Origin: Patescibacteria group bacterium
GTDB lineage: Bacteria > Patescibacteriota > Minisyncoccia > Phycocordibacterales > Phycocordibacteraceae
DNA: 64,000 nucleotides
Assembly (NCBI GenBank): GCA_038064495.1
Contig: JBBTSZ010000002.1
Coordinates: forward strand, 152,934 to 216,933
Reading direction: 5' to 3'
Below are positions 35,375 through 45,330 of the stretch, one piece after another. The notes beneath the pieces are model-generated. The model saw nothing but the letters and a program-made list of their open reading frames with translations. It did no database searches and was not told the origin of the DNA. Made by a program: the position numbers and the translations under genes. Numbering within the stretch: position 1 is the first letter of the stretch; each line of letters starts with the position of its first letter.

Positions 35375-37090
35375 TTAGCGGGCGAAGAAGGGAAGCACCC
35401 ATTCTGTCCGTCTATGCCATGACGAAACAGTTGCAAAGCGGTCTGCAGGCGACGTGATTTGTGGAAGTACCACACCACCCAGGTCTTGAGGCACAGCATA
35501 CACGAAGTCTGGGGCGTGTGTGAAGAGTGCACCGTAGTCACTGGTAATCTCATCACTTATCTTTTGGAGACTCGCTAGACGCTTTGTTTCGTCACTTTCC
35601 TGACGATTCTTTTCAAGAAGCTGGTCCACGCTGCGGTTTGCGTAGAGTGCAATATTGAGGCCCGGGTCCTGACGCTGTGAGGAATCCCAGAAAGCAAAGA
35701 GGTCCTGATTGCGACCAATCACCATGCCAAAGAAGAGTGCCTCGTATTTCCGTGGACGGATGACTTCGTTTGGGAGCGCACTTGGTTCATGGAACTCAAG
35801 TGAGGTAGCTACACCTAGGGCCTGCCAGTCATCCTGCACACTTGCGGCAAGTGTCTTCAGCTCAGGCACGTTTGAGGTGGTGATAACCAAAGGTCCAAGC
35901 GTGAGCTTTTGCTTTGCATTTTTCCATACACCCGCCACTTCGTCGTATGCCCAGCCGTTATCGGTGAGCACTTTCTTTGCAGCGGCAACATTGTCGCCGT
36001 CTAGTGGAACTGGCTCACTGACACCTGCACCTGGAGGCACCGGCCCAGCTAGTGGTGTGGCGTACCCGCCGAGCAAATCCTTCGTGATGTGCGTGCGGTT
36101 GATGGCAAGCGAGAGGGCCTTGCGAACCTCAATTCGAGCAAAGAGTTTGTTCTGTTCAGGGTTCAAGAAGATGCCAAACACACGGGAGTAGGGCGCGGTG
36201 ATGCTGGTGTCCGAAGGAACCCCATATGCACTCTCCACCTTTCCATGCGCATACGCATTTTCTAGTTCGTCCGTAGTAACAAAGAACACAAAGTGCATGG
36301 AATTGAGATACGGCTTTCCGAGCGCGTACTGCTTGAAAGCTTTCACCTCAAAGTCGGTAATCATGTTGTCGCTGTCTTTGGTGATCTTCGTCACTTGAAA
36401 CGGCCCAGCGCCAACCGGATTCGTCATCAACTCAGAAAACGGAAACTGTTCATTTGGAATATTCTTCCAGAGATGTGACGGCAAAATACCGAGCGTCGTG
36501 TCTTCAAGAAACGGTGCATAGGCCTTCGGCAGGGTAAACACAACCGTTCGCGAATCAACTGCTTCTGCTCGGATGTTCGCCCAGTTTGCGAGTTCTGGCG
36601 ACTTGAGTGAAGGATCCTGCGCCTTGGTGACTGTAAAGACGACGTCTTGTGCGGTTACCGGAGTTCCGTCTGAGAACTTCAAACCTTCCTTCAGGACAAA
36701 GGTATATTCCTTACCGTCTTCTGAAATCGTGTAGCTCTCCGCAAGCACCGGGTGAAGACCACCCGGCCCCACACCCATGAGTCCTGCGTAGGTGAGTGCT
36801 ACCAAGTCGCGGTCTGAGTCCGTGAGTGCAAGCAGTGGGTTGATGAAGCGGGGAGGCCCGACGACACCTTCCGTCAAACTTCCACCATGACGAGGTACCT
36901 CTACCAAGAACGTACGCTCAAGAGCAATGATACCCACAAGACACGAAACAATGAGAACACCTCCAAGTACGAGTGTTAGAAGCTTGTCACTTGGAGAAAG
37001 ACTACGAAAGAAGCTGGAAAGTCTTTCCAGAACGAGAACCTGTCGACGGCGCGACAGGGTAGCAAGAATCCCAGAGAACCGACTATCCAT
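35375..37090 (-). CDS. ABC transporter substrate-binding protein, family 5 (peptide/nickel type), N-terminally TM-anchored
   Basis: SBP_bac_5-like sequence; the ORF extends to 37132 but that start would overlap secG by 35 nt, so ATG 37090 is preferred. Confidence 0.75.
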   Translation of the reverse strand: MDSRFSGILATLSRRRQVLVLERLSSFFRSLSPSDKLLTLVLGGVLIVSCLVGIIALERTFLVEVPRHGGSLTEGVVGPPRFINPLLALTDSDRDLVALTYAGLMGVGPGGLHPVLAESYTISEDGKEYTFVLKEGLKFSDGTPVTAQDVVFTVTKAQDPSLKSPELANWANIRAEAVDSRTVVFTLPKAYAPFLEDTTLGILPSHLWKNIPNEQFPFSELMTNPVGAGPFQVTKITKDSDNMITDFEVKAFKQYALGKPYLNSMHFVFFVTTDELENAYAHGKVESAYGVPSDTSITAPYSRVFGIFLNPEQNKLFARIEVRKALSLAINRTHITKDLLGGYATPLAGPVPPGAGVSEPVPLDGDNVAAAKKVLTDNGWAYDEVAGVWKNAKQKLTLGPLVITTSNVPELKTLAASVQDDWQALGVATSLEFHEPSALPNEVIRPRKYEALFFGMVIGRNQDLFAFWDSSQRQDPGLNIALYANRSVDQLLEKNRQESDETKRLASLQKISDEITSDYGALFTHAPDFVYAVPQDLGGVVLPQITSPADRFATVSSWHRRTEWVLPFFAR

Positions 37091-37097
37091 GGTGTAT

Positions 37098-37328
37098 TCA
37101 GATGAGGAACCCGAGGACTGCTGATGCGACAAATAAAATAGCCACGACTATTGTTGCGTTGAATAGAAATTTCTCCGCGCCGCGCCGCTTGTAGAATGTC
37201 GATGCGAAGTTATCGCCTCCGAATGCTCCTCCTAAGTTGGCCCCGCGCTGTTGAAGCACAATGCCGAGGATAAGGAGAAGGGAGAGGGTGATTTCCGCGT
37301 ATGGCAGTATTGCCTTAAGTAGCTCCAT
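37098..37328 (-). CDS. secG: preprotein translocase subunit SecG
   Basis: LSLLLILGIVLQQRGANLGGAFGG...FLFNATIVVAILFVASAVLGFL is the SecG signature. Confidence 0.8.
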   Translation of the reverse strand: MELLKAILPYAEITLSLLLILGIVLQQRGANLGGAFGGDNFASTFYKRRGAEKFLFNATIVVAILFVASAVLGFLI

Positions 37329-37399
37329 CTGTACCCCGAAGGGTACCACTTGCCCATGGGATGAGCAAGTGGAGCCGCTGGGGGCAAGATGCCGGAATC

Positions 37400-37427
37400 T
37401 TGATTTACTGAGCGACGTCACTATACT
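37400..37427 (+). promoter_or_regulatory. candidate sigma-70 promoter for groES-groEL (TTGATT-N16-TATACT)
   Basis: Seen directly ~90 nt upstream of the groES ATG; no CIRCE element recognisable in the leader. Confidence 0.4.
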
Positions 37428-37517
37428 GAGGACACGTCGGTTGTACCTACGATAGGTTCACCGAAAGGCACAAAATAGTGCTTTATTTATAAGCTCATCT
37501 AAGCTGTCTCATTTTCT

Positions 37518-39472
<1,955 letters not shown>

Positions 39473-39500
39473 AAAGGAGCACAAATAAAACTTCTAACTT

Positions 39501-39572
39501 CTTTGTTGCTCGCTTCGCTCAAAGCCTCACTGTACTATTGAGTACACCTCGGCTTTTCGCTCGCGAGCGCCT
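39501..39572 (+). repeat. palindromic intergenic repeat, copy B (full length)
   Basis: CTTTGTTGCTCGCTTCGCTCAAAGCCTCACTGTACTATTGAGTACACCTCGGCTTTTCGCTCGCGAGCGCC; flanked by imperfect IR CAAATAAAAC / GTTTTGTTTG. Confidence 0.75.
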
Positions 39573-39618
39573 CGAATTTAATCGTTTTGTTTGCACTCTG
39601 ACAAATGGTAAATGAAAT

Positions 39619-39645
39619 GGGCCGCGGAGTAACCTCCGCGGCCCT
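39619..39645 (-). terminator. intrinsic terminator GGGCCGCGGAG-taacc-TCCGCGGCCC (minus-strand gene)
   Basis: Perfect stem; the minus strand continues ATTTCATTT. Confidence 0.55.
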
Positions 39646-39651
39646 GATGGT

Positions 39652-39801
39652 TCAGGCGCCTGCCTGATTTTCCGAACGATCGTTCGCCTTGTTTGCTGCG
39701 CGCTTCTTGCTGGCAGCGACGGCGAGGCCACCGATGGCCACCGCGCCGATAAGTGCGACACCGACCGTCTTCTTGCTTGGCATGTGAGGCTTAACCATCA
39801 T
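39652..39801 (-). CDS. small single-TM protein (49 aa)
   Basis: AAGGGAG 9 nt upstream of ATGATG (39801); own terminator; hydrophobic core followed by KKR. Confidence 0.35.
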   Translation of the reverse strand: MMVKPHMPSKKTVGVALIGAVAIGGLAVAASKKRAANKANDRSENQAGA

Positions 39802-39893
39802 CTCTTTCTCCCTTACCTTGGATTGCTGGAACAACGAATTAACCGCCCATTCCTCATTTACTATACCATACCTAAAATGTTGTGCAACACTTG

Positions 39894-39920
39894 TTGACTT
39901 TTGGCAAATAAGACTATAAT
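39894..39920 (+). promoter_or_regulatory. candidate promoter for lemA-htpX (TTGACT-N15-TATAAT)
   Basis: Perfect -10 hexamer 20 nt upstream of the lemA ATG; GGAGG at 39921. Confidence 0.4.
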
Positions 39921-39940
39921 GGAGGTATAACCTTCTACCT

Positions 39941-40501
39941 ATGATTACTCTCTACATTCTTATCGGTGTTCTCGTTCTTGTTGTGCTCTTCATTATTGGT
40001 GCCTTTAACGGTTTTGTCTCAAAGGTTAACCGCACCAAAGAGGCTTGGGCAGATATTGATGTGCAGTTGAAGCGACGTTATGACCTTATACCTAATTTGG
40101 TTGAAGCCGTAAAAGGCTACGCTACCCACGAATCTCAAGCATTCCAGAATGTCACTGAAGCGCGTACCGCTGCCATGAGTGCAACGGGTGCGGTAGGAAA
40201 AGCGGAAGCAGAAAACACGCTTTCAGGGACTCTCAAATCACTCTTTGCAGTTGCTGAGGCCTACCCAGACCTAAAAGCAAACCAGAACTTCCTTCAACTT
40301 CAGAAGGAGCTCGGTGATACCGAAGACAAGATTCAGTCAGCCCGTCGTTTCTACAACAGCAACGTGCAGGACTTGAACACCGCAGTGCAGTCCTTCCCGG
40401 GTAATCTCATTGCCTCATCCTTTGGCTTTAAGGCTATGGATTTGTTTGAACTTGGTGCGGGCGAGGAGGCTGCTCGCGAAGCAGTAAAGGTATCCTTCTA
40501 A
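39941..40501 (+). CDS. lemA: LemA-family protein
   Basis: N-terminal TM plus LemA domain (RRYDLIPNLVE...RRFYNSNV). Confidence 0.85.
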   Translation: MITLYILIGVLVLVVLFIIGAFNGFVSKVNRTKEAWADIDVQLKRRYDLIPNLVEAVKGYATHESQAFQNVTEARTAAMSATGAVGKAEAENTLSGTLKSLFAVAEAYPDLKANQNFLQLQKELGDTEDKIQSARRFYNSNVQDLNTAVQSFPGNLIASSFGFKAMDLFELGAGEEAAREAVKVSF

Positions 40502-40530
40502 ACCGGAGCGCTATCAGCGCTTAACCACAT

Positions 40531-41433
40531 ATGAATCTCTACCAAGAACGGTCTAAGAATGTCTGGAGAACTGCTTTTTTGATGGCGGGCTTCTTGGCCT
40601 TTGTGCTTGGTATTGGGTACGTGGTTGCGTGGTACTACCAGTCACCAGTCATTCTCTACGGTGCAATTGTGTTTGCAATTGGAATGAACTTCTATAGCTA
40701 CTGGTTTTCCGGTAACCAGGTGCTCTCTATGACGAATGCACGTCCTGCGAGTCGCGAAGAATTCTTTGACTTCTACACGGTTACGGAGAACCTCGCTATT
40801 ACAGCCGGTATGCCCGTGCCAAAGCTCTACGTAATAGAGGACCCGGCACCTAATGCGTTTGCAACGGGCAGGGATGAAAAGCACGCGGTAGTGTGCGCTA
40901 CGACGGGACTTCTCGCTATCATGACGCGCGCAGAGCTTGAAGGCGTCATTGCGCACGAACTTTCACACGTTAAAAACCGCGACATCCTCCTCATGACGGT
41001 GGCCGTAACGCTCGCGGGTTTTCTTGCCATCATTGCGGACATGTTTCTCCGCATGTCGTTTATGGGTGGGGGACGAGACAGCGACAGCAAAGGAAACGCA
41101 TTATTCATGGTCCTAGCGGTTATTGGCATCATTCTTGCTCCCATCGCAGCACAACTCATTCAGCTTGCTATATCGCGCAGACGCGAGTTTCTCGCAGACG
41201 CTTCAGGAGCACTTCTGACGCGCTATCCAGAAGGCCTTGCTTCAGCACTCCGAAAACTGGACCAACACAACATGCCAATGTTACAGACGAGTCACGCCAC
41301 GGCGCACCTCTTCATTGATGACCCGTTTGGCGAGCGTAAGAGCGACTGGTTGAATAGTATTTTCTCTACGCACCCGCCAACTGCAGACCGCATTAAGGCA
41401 CTTCTTGGTGTTCGTCCTCAAGCAGACGCGTAG
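40531..41433 (+). CDS. htpX: zinc metalloprotease HtpX (M48)
   Basis: HELSHVKNRD zinc motif; 4 TM; conserved lemA-htpX pairing. Confidence 0.85.
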   Translation: MNLYQERSKNVWRTAFLMAGFLAFVLGIGYVVAWYYQSPVILYGAIVFAIGMNFYSYWFSGNQVLSMTNARPASREEFFDFYTVTENLAITAGMPVPKLYVIEDPAPNAFATGRDEKHAVVCATTGLLAIMTRAELEGVIAHELSHVKNRDILLMTVAVTLAGFLAIIADMFLRMSFMGGGRDSDSKGNALFMVLAVIGIILAPIAAQLIQLAISRRREFLADASGALLTRYPEGLASALRKLDQHNMPMLQTSHATAHLFIDDPFGERKSDWLNSIFSTHPPTADRIKALLGVRPQADA

Positions 41434-41470
41434 TTTTGCGGAAGGGTTTCGTGCTATAACAGATCGACAC

Positions 41471-41555
41471 GGAGGCGTCGCATAGCGGTCTAGTGCGCAC
41501 GCTTGGAAAGCGTGTGTGGGGCAACCCACCGAGAGTTCGAATCTCTCCGCCTCCG
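41471..41555 (+). tRNA. tRNA-Ser (anticodon GGA), class II with long variable arm
   Basis: Acceptor GGAGGCG/CGCCTCC, anticodon loop TTGGAAA, T-arm GAGAG-TTCGAAT-CTCTC, discriminator G; CCA not encoded. Confidence 0.85.
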
Positions 41556-41569
41556 CAAAATGAGAAAAT

Positions 41570-41592
41570 GACGCGCAAGCGTCTTTTTCTTT
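41570..41592 (+). terminator. short hairpin GACGC-GCAA-GCGTC + TTTTTCTTT after tRNA-Ser
   Basis: 5-bp GC stem with T-tract. Confidence 0.5.
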
Positions 41593-41606
41593 AATTTTGC
41601 GAGAGA

Positions 41607-41654
41607 AGCGGAGAGATTCGAACGCCGGAGCGGGTACCAGCTCAGCAGAGCTGG
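41607..41654 (-). repeat. inverted partial copy of the tRNA-Ser T-loop/acceptor block (GCGGAGAGATTCGAAC) followed by an 8-bp hairpin ACCAGCTC-AGCA-GAGCTGGT
   Basis: 16/16 nt identical to the reverse complement of tRNA-Ser 41535-41550; does not fold as a tRNA. Confidence 0.6.
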
Positions 41655-41707
41655 TCGCGAGGCGGTGGCTAGACCAAAGATGAGCGACGGCGAATCTTTG
41701 AGTTGAA

Positions 41708-41741
41708 GCCGAAAGCGTACTCGCGTTCTCTCCGCCTCCGC
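41708..41741 (+). repeat. 20-nt motif CCGAAAGCGTACTCGCGTTC + direct repeat of the tRNA-Ser 3' end (TCTCTCCGCCTCCGCA)
   Basis: 16-nt direct repeat of 41542-41557; the same 20-nt motif abuts the tRNA-Val 3'-end repeat at 58782-58801. Confidence 0.65.
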
Positions 41742-41766
41742 ACTCAAATGCAGTATCATATACCGC

Positions 41767-42246
41767 ATGAAGCAGCAGATTCTAAAGAGCGTACTCTTAC
41801 TACTCGTGTGTCTGTCCGTACTCGGTATCCTCATCCTGATAGGGAATAGCGTGCTGTCCTATAGAGGTGGCGTAAAGGACATTGCGTCGGTTATTGATGG
41901 ATTTCAGTACGAAATAGCTAAAACCGATAGTGAAAAAGAACGAGGTCTCAGTGGTCGTCCCTATATACAAGATAACTACGGCATGCTGTTTGTATTTGAT
42001 ACCCCGGGCAACTACGGATTCTGGATGAAGGACATGCTGGTTTCTATAGATATTATTTGGTTATCGGACAACGGAACGATTCTTGGCATCAATCCATCCG
42101 TTACTCCGGCTACGTATCCGAACGTCTTTTACCCGCCGTCACCCGTTCGGTATGTGCTTGAGACACGAACGGACTATGCGCACGACGCCGGATGGGTTGT
42201 TGGCTCTCGCGTCACATTACCTCCGCAGTACGCGCGAACACCGTAA
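41767..42246 (+). CDS. DUF192-domain protein (secreted/anchored)
   Basis: YGMLFVFDTPGNYGFWMKDMLVSIDIIWL fits the DUF192/COG1430 core. Confidence 0.7.
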   Translation: MKQQILKSVLLLLVCLSVLGILILIGNSVLSYRGGVKDIASVIDGFQYEIAKTDSEKERGLSGRPYIQDNYGMLFVFDTPGNYGFWMKDMLVSIDIIWLSDNGTILGINPSVTPATYPNVFYPPSPVRYVLETRTDYAHDAGWVVGSRVTLPPQYARTP

Positions 42247-42279
42247 CGAGACAAAATTGTTTTCTATAGTATAATTACT

Positions 42280-42710
42280 CCGGACTGGCCCAGACGATCG
42301 CTCGGGTGAAAACCCGGGAGGAAAGTCCGAACACAGGCAGATTTCACAATTTGCAGAAAGGTAGCGGGTAACGCCCGTCCGCCGTAAGGCGCGAGGTGCG
42401 AACAGTGACGGTTCAGGGCGAAAGACCTGAACCGTCTGATCTAGCCGAAAGGACAGGTCAGACGAGCTCCTATGGTGACATAGGAGGTGAAACGGCTAAA
42501 TCCTTACCCCTGTGCAAGGCCGTGCCACCACACCAACTTCTTTGTTAGTTATTTGCTTACTAGACATACAGTAAGTTGATTTCTAGTGAGAAAGTTGGTG
42601 TGGTGGAGAGCCGCTCGAGGCCATCGGTAACGATGGTCCCAGATAGATGGTCGTCCGCCTCAAAAGCTCGCTTTTGAGGCGACAGAATTCGGCTTATCGG
42701 ACCAGTCCAA
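42280..42710 (+). ncRNA. rnpB: RNase P RNA (bacterial type A) with a ~80-nt AT-rich extended helix insertion
   Basis: P4 GGAAAGTCCG; GGTAACGCC; AGGTGAAACGG; 3' GACAGAATTCGGCTTATCGG; P1 GGACTGG/CCAGTCC; inserted perfect 17-bp stem CCACCACACCAACTTCT...AGAAGTTGGTGTGGTGG (42527-42603). Confidence 0.85.
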
Positions 42711-42717
42711 TTACATG

Positions 42718-42746
42718 CAAAAACCCGCCTTTTCGGCGGGTTTTTG
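42718..42746. terminator. intrinsic terminator AAAAACCCGCC-ttttc-GGCGGGTTTTT after rnpB
   Basis: Perfect stem flanked by A- and T-tracts. Confidence 0.75.
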
Positions 42747-42861
42747 CCATTTCTACTGTCCCCACCGATTCTGCTACTCATTGCTATTTTCGCCCGTATA
42801 CTTAAAGGGCATTATTAGCGTGCTTAGGGTTAATCCCGTGATTACGGAGTAACAAAACAAT

Positions 42862-45324
42862 ATGCAAGATACAGAAACCCCTGTATCAACGACAGCGTCT
42901 AACCCTCGACGTTTCTCGTTTGATACAGCAGCGATATGGACTTTGATCGCCAGTGGCGCTCTTTCCACCATCGCATTTATTCCTTCACAAGCCGTTCCGT
43001 TCATCTATACGAAGATTTCAATCCTCGCTATTGGTGGACTCATCGCACTTGTGTTTTTTATTCTTGCGCGTCTGCGCAGGGGTAACGTCATTGTTCCACC
43101 ACTTCCGCTTCTTGGAGCATTGTGGTTGGTACCACTTGCGTACGCACTCTCAGCACTTTTCTCTGGAGTGAATCCGCAGGCCGCGTTCTTTGGCACTGAT
43201 CTCGAATCCGATACCCTCGGATTCGTCATCTTGCTATCGGCAATGGCAACACTGACCGCACTCGCATTCCGTCGTGGACCGCACTACCGTGCGTTCTTCA
43301 AGTGGGGTGCGATTACGCTCGGTGTCGTGCTCGTCGCCCAGTTGGGCTTCATCGTGGTTGGTAAAATCGCGCCGAAGCTTGTAACACCAACCGTTAACCT
43401 TGTCGGTACGTTTGGTGATATGGGTATGCTCGTTGGTCTTGGTCTAACATTAACCATGCTTGCACTACGCTTCCTTACGATTACCGGACGACCTCGTCTG
43501 GCGCTCTATATAGGGGGTGGCATTGCGCTCGCACTTCTCGCCGTGGTGAACTCTCAGATTGTGTGGGGCATGGTAGCGCTCGTTGCACTTGGTCTCTTTA
43601 TTGAGGCGATTATGCGCAAGCGTCCAACGGACGACGATGCTGAGTTTGATGGCGTGTCTATGGTTTCCGGTGAGCGTGATATGGATGCACCTGAGCCAGA
43701 TGGTTCAGCGCTTGGTGCACCACTCGTTACGCTTCTCATTGCGTTGTTCTTCCTTATTGGAGGTTCAACCATTGGGAATGCGCTCGTGACCGCACTGAAC
43801 GCGAGTGTGATTGATGTCCGACCATCGTGGCAGTCCACGTTTGATGTTGGAAGCCATACGTACGCATCTTCGCCAATTTTTGGTTCCGGACCAAACACGT
43901 TCGGTGCACAGTGGCTTAAGTTCCGTGACCGCTCACTCAACGACACCATCTTCTGGAACGTTGACTTCAATTCAGGTATTGGATTTATCCCAACCTCGTT
44001 TGTAACGACCGGAGTCGTTGGCGTGCTCGCCTGGCTCGCATTCCTCGGACTCTTCCTGTTCTTCGGTATCCGTGCACTTCTGTTCCGCACGCCAAGTGAT
44101 CCATTCATGCGATTTGTTTCGCTCGCATCTTTTACGGGTGTGCTGTATGTCTTCGTGTTGTCGGTACTCACCGTTCCGGGTCCGATTGTGCTGATGACGG
44201 GTTTTCTGATGCTTGGTATCTTCATTTCATCACTTCGCTACGGACGTGAGCGCAGGGAGTGGGGAGTTATCTTCGCCAAGAGTCCACGTGTTGGATTCGT
44301 GATTGTGTTCGGCCTCACACTCCTGCTCCTCGCTTCCGTTGTGGCAGCGTATGTGGTGGTGGAGCGCTACCTGGGTGACCTTGCGTACGCGCAAGCAACC
44401 TCAGCGTATGCAGCAAATGACCTTGGTGCAGCGACGAACGCGGTAAACCGTTCAATACTGTTTGCACCGAGCGAGCGTGCCTACCAGCTTGCCGCTGCTA
44501 TCGGTATTGGTCGTATGCGACAAATTGTCGCCGACACGACGCTTACACCAGCAAATGCTCAGCAACAGTTCCAAGCAGCACTCACCGGTGGTATCCAAGC
44601 AGGAGCAACGGCAACCCGTCTCTGGCCAAACAACTACCAAAACTGGGTAATGCTCGGCAACGTGTATGAGACGGTGGTACCACTCAACATCTCTGGTGCC
44701 TACGAAAATGCAAAAGCTGCATTTGAGCAGGCTCAGAAGTTGTCACCAACCAACCCAACCTTACCGTTCATTCTTGCTCAGCTTGAGATAGCAAAGGGTA
44801 ATGGTCCTGCTGCTGAAGCTGCTCTCGTTAGTGCCATCACCTTGAAGCATGACTACACGCAGGCCATCTTCCTTCTTTCTCAACTACAGGCTCAGCAAGG
44901 AAAGGCTAAAGAAGCGCTTGCTGCTGCTGAAGCTGCTGCTTACTTTGCACCGAACGACCCTACGATACTCTTCCAAGTAGGTATCCTTCGCTCTGCAAAC
45001 GGCAACACGGATGGCGCTATTGAGGCTTTGTCACGAGCGGTGCAAGTAAATCCACAGTACGCAAATGCGCACTACTTCCTCGGCGTAATGTACGCCTTGA
45101 AGGGTCAACTTGATAAGTCGCTCGCTGAATTGAACACCGTTGCTGGCTTCTCTGATGACAACGCCAAAGCAGTTGCCGCGGATGTTGCTACACTCACGGC
45201 AGGTAAGAATCCATTCCCACCATCCCGTCTTGGTGCGCTTGGTATTCCACAGCCAACCGTAGCAGAACCAGCTCCGAAAAAGGCTGAAGCTACGCCTCCT
45301 CCAGCAGGAACGACGACGCAGTAA
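42862..45324 (+). CDS. O-antigen ligase/polymerase (Wzy_C)-like polytopic membrane protein with C-terminal TPR repeats
   Basis: ~12 TM plus a large loop; C-terminal 300 aa TPR-like (NPQYANAHYFLGVMYALKGQLDKS). Confidence 0.65.
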   Translation: MQDTETPVSTTASNPRRFSFDTAAIWTLIASGALSTIAFIPSQAVPFIYTKISILAIGGLIALVFFILARLRRGNVIVPPLPLLGALWLVPLAYALSALFSGVNPQAAFFGTDLESDTLGFVILLSAMATLTALAFRRGPHYRAFFKWGAITLGVVLVAQLGFIVVGKIAPKLVTPTVNLVGTFGDMGMLVGLGLTLTMLALRFLTITGRPRLALYIGGGIALALLAVVNSQIVWGMVALVALGLFIEAIMRKRPTDDDAEFDGVSMVSGERDMDAPEPDGSALGAPLVTLLIALFFLIGGSTIGNALVTALNASVIDVRPSWQSTFDVGSHTYASSPIFGSGPNTFGAQWLKFRDRSLNDTIFWNVDFNSGIGFIPTSFVTTGVVGVLAWLAFLGLFLFFGIRALLFRTPSDPFMRFVSLASFTGVLYVFVLSVLTVPGPIVLMTGFLMLGIFISSLRYGRERREWGVIFAKSPRVGFVIVFGLTLLLLASVVAAYVVVERYLGDLAYAQATSAYAANDLGAATNAVNRSILFAPSERAYQLAAAIGIGRMRQIVADTTLTPANAQQQFQAALTGGIQAGATATRLWPNNYQNWVMLGNVYETVVPLNISGAYENAKAAFEQAQKLSPTNPTLPFILAQLEIAKGNGPAAEAALVSAITLKHDYTQAIFLLSQLQAQQGKAKEALAAAEAAAYFAPNDPTILFQVGILRSANGNTDGAIEALSRAVQVNPQYANAHYFLGVMYALKGQLDKSLAELNTVAGFSDDNAKAVAADVATLTAGKNPFPPSRLGALGIPQPTVAEPAPKKAEATPPPAGTTTQ

Positions 45325-45330
45325 TAGACA

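Noticed and set aside
37434-37517. CIRCE (HrcA operator) in the groES leader
   Set aside because: Only a weak partial resemblance (TAGTGCTT...AGCTCA) to TTAGCACTC-N9-GAGTGCTAA is present, and no hrcA gene is in the window. Not called.
41596-41741. A second, minus-strand tRNA gene downstream of tRNA-Ser (because of the GGAGAGATTCGAAC T-loop-like block and a GGTCTAG D-loop-like block)
   Set aside because: No acceptor stem complementary to any candidate 3' end, no 5-bp T-stem around the TTCGAAT loop, and no proper 7-nt anticodon loop could be built. It is better explained as partial inverted and direct copies of the tRNA-Ser 3' end.
42083-42274. 63-aa ORF, and 42560-42781 (73 aa, minus)
   Set aside because: Both lie over or against the RNase P RNA and its flanks, and conserved RNase P motifs explain the region.
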